This document shows, piece after piece, positions 57,122-64,000 of a stretch of DNA of 64,000 nucleotides. This stretch comes from Rhodothermaceae bacterium bin80 (GTDB lineage Bacteria > Bacteroidota > Rhodothermia > Rhodothermales > Bin80). The first letter of the stretch is position 1, and every line of letters begins with the position of its first letter. The notes under the pieces were generated by a model that ran no database searches, had not been told where the DNA came from, and was given only the letters and a program-made list of their open reading frames with translations. The stretch lies in NCBI GenBank assembly GCA_002238805.1, contig MPNB01000005.1:10256-74255 (forward strand), given 5' to 3'. Position numbers and translations under genes: made by a program.

Positions 57122-60100
57122 CTAATCTTTCCACACGGATGAATCATCGACCTCTGGGCGCTCCCAATAAAACAGGCTGCGATTCCGCGGATGATGTCCG
57201 ATTTCGTTCATGGTTGATGCATCGTAAAGGCGGCCGTTAATCATCACATGCGACACATTTACTGACTGACGCAAATCTTGAAGTGGATCACCGTCAATGA
57301 TCGCAAGGTCCGCGAGCTTTCCAGGCTCAATTGAACCCAGCTCCTGCTCCAGTCCCAGATAGCGCGCACCATGCAACGTAGCACTGCGCAGGGCCTCGTG
57401 TGCCGTCATGCCCCCCTGCTCCAGCATCCATAACTCCCAGTGTGCCGCCAGGCCCTGAAGCTGACCATGGGCTCCGACCTGCACTATGTTGCCCTGATCA
57501 ATCAGCTTTTTCGTTTGCCGGGCAACTTCAATGTAGTAGTAGTCATCCTCTGCAGCTGTGATCCGTCGCCGGGAACGAGCATCTACAATTGAGCGCGGTA
57601 CAAATTGCAGCAGCCGCTCATTCTCCCACACGTTATCCTCTTGGTACCAGTAATACTCGCCCGAAAGTCCACCGTAGTTCACGACCAGCGTAGGGGTGTA
57701 GCCCGTCTCTGTGGCCTGCCATAACTGAAGCACATCTTCGTACAGGGGAGCGACCGGTAGATTATGCTCAATGCCCGTATGCCCGTCCAGAAGCATGGTC
57801 ACGTTGTGGAAAAAGGTTGATCCTCCCTCAGGCATAACCAGTATCTCCTGTTCTCTGGCAGCCTGCATTACCTGTTGACGCTGCTCCCGACGGGGCTGAT
57901 TGTAACTCTTGACCGAAAACGCCCCCACGGCCTTCATACGCCGCAGGTGGGACCGTGCATCATCCAAATTGTTGACCACCGCCTTAAAATCGCCGTCGGC
58001 TCCGTACAGAATGGTTCCGGTAGAATAAATCCGAGGCCCGACAATGCGCCCGGCCCGCACCATCTCGCTGAGTGCGAACACCGTTCCTGTGTTGGCAGAT
58101 GGGTCATGGGCAGTAGTCACTCCAAAAGCCAGATTCGCATGGTATCCCCAGTTTTGCTCCGGGAGCGGCCCACTCACAAAGTGGTTTGCATGTGCATGCG
58201 CATCAATAATACCGGGAATAATCGTCTTCCCCGATGCATCAACAACCAGTGCATCGTCTGGCACTTCCACATTCTCGCCAACCGCTACAATATGTGCCCC
58301 ATCTACCACTACCGTACCCTGATCAATCACTTCATCTCCCCGCATCGTAACAATCCTGGCCCCTGTAAATGCTATCCGGCCGGACGGCTGATCCACCTGT
58401 GAGCGCAGCCCGATCGCCATCCCGACTGTGTCTGCGGGCGGTAAGGAGTCCGGAGCCCCGGCCACAAAAGAAAAGCTGTTAGCCAAGTCGCGCGTATAGT
58501 ACTCTGGCCCCAGTACCCAGTAGAGCTCCTGACTGTCTGCGGACCAGTGTAAGCTAGTACCTGCATCTCGAGTCACCTTGGAGATCGGAATGGCTTTTGT
58601 CTCTTTGTTCAATGCAACCGCAGAGCCGGTTTCAACATGAGGGGCGATATACACATTAAAAAGATCTGAGAACGCGACCCAATTACCATCTGGACTCGGC
58701 ACTATGTTAGCCACGTATTTTAGCGTATAGTGTGTGCGCTCATCGGCGCCGCTCAAATGAACACTGCGATAGGACTTGTTCAGACCACCTCCAGACAAAA
58801 AATATATCCGCTCACCGGTAACATCGAAGCGGGGCTCTCTCCCATTTTCCCGGATAAGCTGTGGCTCACCTCCTGCAGCAGGCATCCAGTACAGTCCCGG
58901 CTCTGTTCCGTGCAGGTAACCCAGAAGCGAATTCCCTGTACCTCGGCGATAAACAATCTTCGAACCATCCGGGCTGTAACGGGGTGTATGATAGTAGCCT
59001 GGACGCTCTGTGAGCAGTTCAGGAGCACCACCGTTCAAGGGAACACGATAGATGTGTCCGAGCGCAGCATCGCTCCATGTGGTGTAAACGACGTATTGGC
59101 CATCCGGACTGAATGCGGGTTCATGCTCAAAATGATCATCTTCGGTCAACCGTACGGGCTCACTGTCCGGCAATGACTTCTTCCACAGCTGACCCAATGC
59201 ATTGAACACCAGCGTCTGTTTATCCGGTGAAGTAACAGCCTGCCTGATCATCTTTACATCAAACGATTCCGCATGCACAGACTGAGGATAACGCACTGTA
59301 GCCGCTACACGCTGCTCTACATTAGCCGTGAACGGAATCAGCGTCACTGTACTTGACTCAACCCCAATCCGGTACAAGTGGCCCTTGGCCCAGATAACGA
59401 TACTCTTGGAGTCTGGCGTCCAGTCAAAGCCCGGATAGACCCCAAAAATCGCCCAGGCCTCCTGCTGATCATGACTGAGCCCGTCAAAAAGGGGCCGCTG
59501 GGCACCTGTCTGGCGGTCATACAGATACAGCACGCTCTTGGAGCGCACACGGCGCACAAAAGCAACCCACCGCCCATCCGGTGACGGCTGTGCCCGTACA
59601 GCCCCTCCACTTCCGGTAATTAGGTTGATTATGCGCCCTGTCTGACGATCCAACCGTCGAATGACATAGATCTGCCCGTGAGGATCCTTGTTATACTGGA
59701 ACGTACTGCCACCGCTCATATCTTCACTGAAGTAAACGTAGCGGCCGGAGGGGCTCACAGCAATATCATTGCCCTGGTCCTGTTGGTCATTCTTGCGTTT
59801 TGTGAGTTGCAGGCCCGCACCCCCGCTTATATGATACATCCAGACCTCACCCGCTCCCAGTGAACGCGTACTGGTGAAATGTTTGCGTCCGAGCAAATAT
59901 TCCCCGTCGGGAGTCCAGGCAGGTCCATTCAAAAGGCGGAAATCTTCCTTGGTAACCTGCTGCAGATCGGTTCCATCGGCAGCCATCGTCCACAAATTGT
60001 CCCCTCCACCCCGATCACTCGTAAATGCAATCCGGCCACCCTCTGGACTGAAGCGTGGCTGCACATCGAACGCAGGTCCACTAGTAAGTGCCTGGGCCTC

Positions 60101-60322
60101 ACCGCCCCCAATCGGCAGTGTATACAGGTCTCCCAGAAGATCGAACACGATGGTTTGTCCGTCCGGACTCACATCCAAGTTCATCCATGTTCCTTCGCTG
60201 ACCGTGAACTGGACAATGTTGGCTGGACCATGCTCGGCCGAAACATCCCACTTCTGTGCCTGCGCTGTGGAAACGCAGATCAAACCAGTCAGGAAAGAGA
60301 AAAAACAGGGGCGGATATTCAT
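57122..60322 (-). CDS. TolB-like beta-propeller fused to amidohydrolase-superfamily domain
   Basis: A signal peptide is followed by repeated SPDG....F blades (PRFSPEGGRIAFTSDRGG). The C-terminal domain has the metal-binding block IIPGIIDAHAHANHF, then GVTT, then HG. Confidence 0.8.
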   Translation of the reverse strand: MNIRPCFFSFLTGLICVSTAQAQKWDVSAEHGPANIVQFTVSEGTWMNLDVSPDGQTIVFDLLGDLYTLPIGGGEAQALTSGPAFDVQPRFSPEGGRIAFTSDRGGGDNLWTMAADGTDLQQVTKEDFRLLNGPAWTPDGEYLLGRKHFTSTRSLGAGEVWMYHISGGAGLQLTKRKNDQQDQGNDIAVSPSGRYVYFSEDMSGGSTFQYNKDPHGQIYVIRRLDRQTGRIINLITGSGGAVRAQPSPDGRWVAFVRRVRSKSVLYLYDRQTGAQRPLFDGLSHDQQEAWAIFGVYPGFDWTPDSKSIVIWAKGHLYRIGVESSTVTLIPFTANVEQRVAATVRYPQSVHAESFDVKMIRQAVTSPDKQTLVFNALGQLWKKSLPDSEPVRLTEDDHFEHEPAFSPDGQYVVYTTWSDAALGHIYRVPLNGGAPELLTERPGYYHTPRYSPDGSKIVYRRGTGNSLLGYLHGTEPGLYWMPAAGGEPQLIRENGREPRFDVTGERIYFLSGGGLNKSYRSVHLSGADERTHYTLKYVANIVPSPDGNWVAFSDLFNVYIAPHVETGSAVALNKETKAIPISKVTRDAGTSLHWSADSQELYWVLGPEYYTRDLANSFSFVAGAPDSLPPADTVGMAIGLRSQVDQPSGRIAFTGARIVTMRGDEVIDQGTVVVDGAHIVAVGENVEVPDDALVVDASGKTIIPGIIDAHAHANHFVSGPLPEQNWGYHANLAFGVTTAHDPSANTGTVFALSEMVRAGRIVGPRIYSTGTILYGADGDFKAVVNNLDDARSHLRRMKAVGAFSVKSYNQPRREQRQQVMQAAREQEILVMPEGGSTFFHNVTMLLDGHTGIEHNLPVAPLYEDVLQLWQATETGYTPTLVVNYGGLSGEYYWYQEDNVWENERLLQFVPRSIVDARSRRRITAAEDDYYYIEVARQTKKLIDQGNIVQVGAHGQLQGLAAHWELWMLEQGGMTAHEALRSATLHGARYLGLEQELGSIEPGKLADLAIIDGDPLQDLRQSVNVSHVMINGRLYDASTMNEIGHHPRNRSLFYWERPEVDDSSVWKD

Positions 60323-60351
60323 GAACCTATTGGTCGGGTTTGGTGCCCGGC

Positions 60352-61617
60352 TCAGGCCACGAATTTTCGAAAAGCCACCGAAGTATTGTGGCCGCCGAAG
60401 CCAAATGCATTGGACACCGCTACGTCTATTCGACGTTTTTGCGGCTTATTGAACGTGTAGTTCAGATCACAATCTGGATCTGGTGTGACAAAATTTATCG
60501 TCGGAGGCACGATGTCATTACAGATCGCTTGAATCGTTGCGATCGCCTCAATCGCTCCTGCCGCACCCAGCAAGTGTCCGGTCATGCTCTTGGTGGAAGA
60601 GACATTCATCTCGTAAGCGTGCGCACCAAAGACCTGTTTTACGGACTTGGTTTCTGCGATATCCCCTAAGGGTGTGGCGGTCCCGTGCATGTTGAGGTAA
60701 TCAACATCTTCGGGCTTCAAATGTGCATCGGCCAGCATATTGCGCATCGCGAGCATTGCTCCATGCCCATTCGGATCGGGGGCCGTGATATGGTTGGCAT
60801 CAGCACTCATACCAATCCCAATGATTTCGGCATAAATGTTTGCTCCGCGGGCCTGTGCACGCTCGAGCGATTCAATCACAAGAACCCCGGCCCCCTCACC
60901 AAGCACGAACCCATCGCGGGTTTTGTCGAACGGGCGACTGGCTGTCGCAGGATCATCATTACGTGTTGAGAGCGCCCGGAGGGCGTTAAAGCCTCCGATC
61001 CCCAACTCGCTGATTGCAGCTTCCGCCCCACCACACAACGCCGCATCAATCATACCACGCTGCATCATCATGAAAACATCACTGATGTTGTTATTACCCG
61101 TAGCACAAGCACTAACTACACAGTAATTGGGACCGCGGAATCCATAACGAATCGAAACATGTCCACTAACAATATCCGGTATCAACTTCGGGATAAAGAA
61201 CGGGGAAATACGTCGGGGACCATGCTTAACGTAGCCCTCCGTCTGCTCATGAAAAACCTGGAGCCCCCCAATCCCGCTACCAATGATCACAGCAGTCCGA
61301 TCTCGCTCGTCCTGGGACATCTTATCCGGTTCCAGGCCCGAATGCTCCACTGCCTGCGCAGCTGCAACCACCGCATACTGGGCAAAAGGATCCATCTTCC
61401 GCGCTTCCCGCCGATCAAAATGATCGGAAGGATTGAATCCCTTTACCTCGCAAGCAAACTTGGTAACGAATCTCTCTGTGTCGAAGTGGGTGATCGGTGC
61501 TGCACCACTCCTACCCTCCACCAATCCTTCCCAGAAGAGATCTGGAGAGTGTCCAAGAGGGGTCAGCGCCCCCATCCCCGTCACTACGACACGACGCGAT
61601 TTGTGTGGAATGGCCAT
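60352..61617 (-). CDS. fabF: 3-oxoacyl-ACP synthase II
   Basis: The block VVVTGMGALTPLG is present, with active-site ACATG, NMHGTATPLGD and SNAFGFGGHN. Confidence 0.96.
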   Translation of the reverse strand: MAIPHKSRRVVVTGMGALTPLGHSPDLFWEGLVEGRSGAAPITHFDTERFVTKFACEVKGFNPSDHFDRREARKMDPFAQYAVVAAAQAVEHSGLEPDKMSQDERDRTAVIIGSGIGGLQVFHEQTEGYVKHGPRRISPFFIPKLIPDIVSGHVSIRYGFRGPNYCVVSACATGNNNISDVFMMMQRGMIDAALCGGAEAAISELGIGGFNALRALSTRNDDPATASRPFDKTRDGFVLGEGAGVLVIESLERAQARGANIYAEIIGIGMSADANHITAPDPNGHGAMLAMRNMLADAHLKPEDVDYLNMHGTATPLGDIAETKSVKQVFGAHAYEMNVSSTKSMTGHLLGAAGAIEAIATIQAICNDIVPPTINFVTPDPDCDLNYTFNKPQKRRIDVAVSNAFGFGGHNTSVAFRKFVA

Positions 61618-61642
61618 GCCTAAAGCGTCCGGTAAGGAGTCG

Positions 61643-61879
61643 TCAAGAGGTCTTTTCGGCGAGGTACTCTATCGCTTTTCCAACGGTAGCGATCGTCTCA
61701 GCATCCTCATCTGGAATACTTATTTCGAACTCTTTCTCGAACTCCATGATCAATTCGACGGTATCAAGGGAGTCTGCTCCTAGGTCGTCGGTGAAGGAGG
61801 CATCCGCCTGAATGCTGTCCTCGTCTACGCCTAACTTGTCGGCCACTATTGCCCTGACCCTATCTTCCAGTCCTGCCAT
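61643..61879 (-). CDS. acpP: acyl carrier protein
   Basis: 78 aa with the phosphopantetheine site [17 protein letters not shown]. Confidence 0.96.
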   Translation of the reverse strand: MAGLEDRVRAIVADKLGVDEDSIQADASFTDDLGADSLDTVELIMEFEKEFEISIPDEDAETIATVGKAIEYLAEKTS

Positions 61880-62066
61880 TGCTATTTTTGTTATGTCTTG
61901 ATGTTAAGAATACACAGCATACTACTTCACGCAGCGCCGAAGCACCAAATTACGGCAAAATCGTGAATTTTTTACTGTTTCGTGAGTTGAACCGTAAATT
62001 CTCCCGTTGAACCAGCCATACCGCATAACGGTTCTAGTCTTTCTACACTTGGTTATATCACTTTTA

Positions 62067-63227
62067 ATGGCCTATTTATTTACATCTGAGTCAGTGTCCG
62101 AAGGACATCCAGACAAAGTCGCAGACCAGATCTCGGATGCCATCCTGGACGAATACCTAAAACAGGATGCAAACAGCCGTGTCGCCGTTGAAACAATGGT
62201 TACCTCCAACAACGTCATCCTAGCCGGCGAAACCCGCGCTTTGGCACAGGTGGATCACGAGGCGGTGGTCCGTAAAGTTCTTCGCCGCATTGGGTATACC
62301 TATACTGATCTGGATTTTGCCGCCGACTCGGTTTGTGTAACCGATCACATTCATGAACAAAGTGACGATATATTCGATGGTGTCGGAGACTTGGGCGCCG
62401 GGGATCAGGGCATGATGTTCGGGTTTGCCTGCCGCGAGCATGAGTTGTCACTCATGCCAATGCCCCTCATGTACGCCCACCAACTCGTATATGAACTGGC
62501 CCAAATACGTAAGCATGAATCCATTATGCCATATCTGCGACCAGACTCGAAGAGTCAGGTAACCGTTCAGTATGACCATACAGGAAGGATCCCGCAGAGA
62601 ATCCACACTATAGTTATCGCCACGCAGCATGATGCCGACATTGAACAGGACCAGATCAGGGCGGATGTGAAAACCCACCTGCTACCGCGTGTTATTCATC
62701 CCCGTTTCATTGACGATGAGCTAATACTTTATGTCAACCGTACAGGACAGTTCGTGATCGGCGGACCGCATGCCGACGCTGGATTGACCGGCCGCAAAAT
62801 CATCGTGGACACTTATGGCGGACGGGGGGCACATGGAGGCGGTGCTTTCAGCGGGAAAGATCCATCGAAGGTGGACCGTTCAGCTGCGTATACCGCACGC
62901 TACGTAGCTAAGAACGTAGTGGCAGCCGGTTTAGCCGATATGGTCGAAATCCAGCTTGCCTACGTAATCGCCAAACCTCAGCCCGTGTCTATCTACGTTA
63001 ACTCATCCGACACTGTAAAACACGGTCTTTCGGATACCGACCTGACGGAAATCATACGGAATACTTTTGATTTAAGCCCCGCGGGCATCACTAATCACCT
63101 CGGACTCAGACGGCCCATCTATCAGAAAACTGCTGCCTACGGCCATTTCGGTCGCAGCCACTTCCCATGGGAACAGCTGGATGCGGTGGAGAAACTCCGC
63201 GTCTACACGAAGTCTGCAGCCGCATAG
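62067..63227 (+). CDS. metK: S-adenosylmethionine synthetase
   Basis: The ATG at 62067 gives MAYLFTSESVSEGHPDKVADQISD. The blocks GAGDQGMMFGFA and GGGAFSGKDPSKVDRSAAY are present. Confidence 0.96.
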   Translation: MAYLFTSESVSEGHPDKVADQISDAILDEYLKQDANSRVAVETMVTSNNVILAGETRALAQVDHEAVVRKVLRRIGYTYTDLDFAADSVCVTDHIHEQSDDIFDGVGDLGAGDQGMMFGFACREHELSLMPMPLMYAHQLVYELAQIRKHESIMPYLRPDSKSQVTVQYDHTGRIPQRIHTIVIATQHDADIEQDQIRADVKTHLLPRVIHPRFIDDELILYVNRTGQFVIGGPHADAGLTGRKIIVDTYGGRGAHGGGAFSGKDPSKVDRSAAYTARYVAKNVVAAGLADMVEIQLAYVIAKPQPVSIYVNSSDTVKHGLSDTDLTEIIRNTFDLSPAGITNHLGLRRPIYQKTAAYGHFGRSHFPWEQLDAVEKLRVYTKSAAA

Positions 63228-63244
63228 ATGACCAACACCTCAGT

Positions 63245-64000
63245 ATGGGATACAAGTCCCTTATCGTATTAGCACTCATACTCCTCTACACTATTCGCGC
63301 AGAGGCCCAGGATCGTCGCGGAGCAATAGAGTCGCTCCCGGCAACCTCCCAGGCTGCCGTCGTAACTGAGAACATCTGGGGGCATATACCCAGTACACGC
63401 GTACAGAACGGCAGGATTGATGAAGAGCTTGGGATTTTTCGAGCAGTTTATCAGCTGAACCCGACGATCACCCCGGAAGCCACTGCTGAGGCAACCGCGC
63501 GCAAATGGTTGGCCGACGATGGCACCCGATTCGGTATCGGCACACCTGATGTACTCGAACTGGTCAATGAAAAACAGTCCTTCGGTGCACAGCATCTAAC
63601 CTTTCAACAAACACTGGCCGGTGTCAAAGTATACGGGCGCTTCGTGCACGTAAATCTGGATAAAACGGGCTTGCCTGTTATGGCAATCAGCGGCTATGCC
63701 CCTCACCTGGAGGGTATCACCTCTTTTAATCCTGTACCTGCATTAAACGCAACACAAGCCGAATCCCTAGCACAACGTGCGATTTCTGAATCAGGTGCAA
63801 GTTCAAGGGCCCCCGAACTCCTCATACTCCCCGACAATCCACCCCGCTTGGTCTGGCGCGTTATCGTCTGGCCGGATTCCTATCCGGGCGAATGGGAAGT
63901 CGTACTGGATGCGAACACAGGAGCACTGATTCATTTGATGGATTTGCGCATGTTCTCTCGTGCACATACAGAGGACTTACCTGTCCAACAGGCCCATCTC
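63245..64000 (+). CDS. secreted metalloprotease precursor, N-terminal FTP/PepSY propeptide region (3' end lies outside the window)
   Basis: My own translation from the ATG at 63245 stays open to the window end. It gives a signal peptide (MGYKSLIVLALILLYTIRAEA), then GAQHLTFQQTLAGVKVYGRFVHVN (FTP-like), then LVWRVIVWP...WEVVLDANTGALIHL (PepSY-like). This is as in M4/thermolysin-type precursors. Confidence 0.55.
   Translation, partial: MGYKSLIVLALILLYTIRAEAQDRRGAIESLPATSQAAVVTENIWGHIPSTRVQNGRIDEELGIFRAVYQLNPTITPEATAEATARKWLADDGTRFGIGTPDVLELVNEKQSFGAQHLTFQQTLAGVKVYGRFVHVNLDKTGLPVMAISGYAPHLEGITSFNPVPALNATQAESLAQRAISESGASSRAPELLILPDNPPRLVWRVIVWPDSYPGEWEVVLDANTGALIHLMDLRMFSRAHTEDLPVQQAHL

Noticed and set aside
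61880-62066. SAM riboswitch upstream of metK
   Set aside because: I could not find SAM-I or SAM-II core motifs by eye. There is only a 7-bp GAACCGT/ACGGTTC inverted repeat. A covariance-model scan would be needed.

Overview
This is a chromosomal segment from a Bacteroidota-like organism, of the Rhodothermota/Balneolota type. The evidence for that placement is a T9SS C-terminal sorting domain, GWxTD and choice-of-anchor-B proteins, and a short sigma-A of about 280 aa. Most of the window is housekeeping: fadE-like 3' end, polyprenyl synthase, btuCF-type transporter, deoC, dapD, ppgK, dnaG, dnaE, uvrA, rpoZ, a macAB-tolC-type efflux operon, rpoD, tRNA-Val, holA, der, uppP, fabF-acpP and metK.

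Four things stand out.

(1) An accessory island lies at about 4.8-10.6 kb, between the polyprenyl synthase and btuC. It has no integrase. It holds an AAA-type ATPase with a tiny downstream ORF. It also holds two diverged, convergent copies of an uncharacterised module in which a protein of about 280 aa is translationally coupled to a PIN-domain nuclease. A decayed DNA methyltransferase with a C14 tract and a decayed fragment of a second copy of the ATPase gene complete it. The PIN module is my best candidate for an undescribed system.

(2) dnaE carries a 158-aa mini-intein inside the GYGFNK|SHS motif.

(3) A complete group II intron of about 2.1 kb sits in the dnaE-uvrA spacer. GUGCG, domain V, domain VI and the RT/maturase are all readable. 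It is flanked by five tandem 22-23-bp GATC-containing repeats.

(4) A second small island at about 44.9-48.7 kb holds a GmrSD-type DUF262/DUF1524 nuclease, an unassignable 219-aa helical protein and an orphan PD-(D/E)xK-like protein.

All calls rest on reading the translations and hand alignment. No database search was run.
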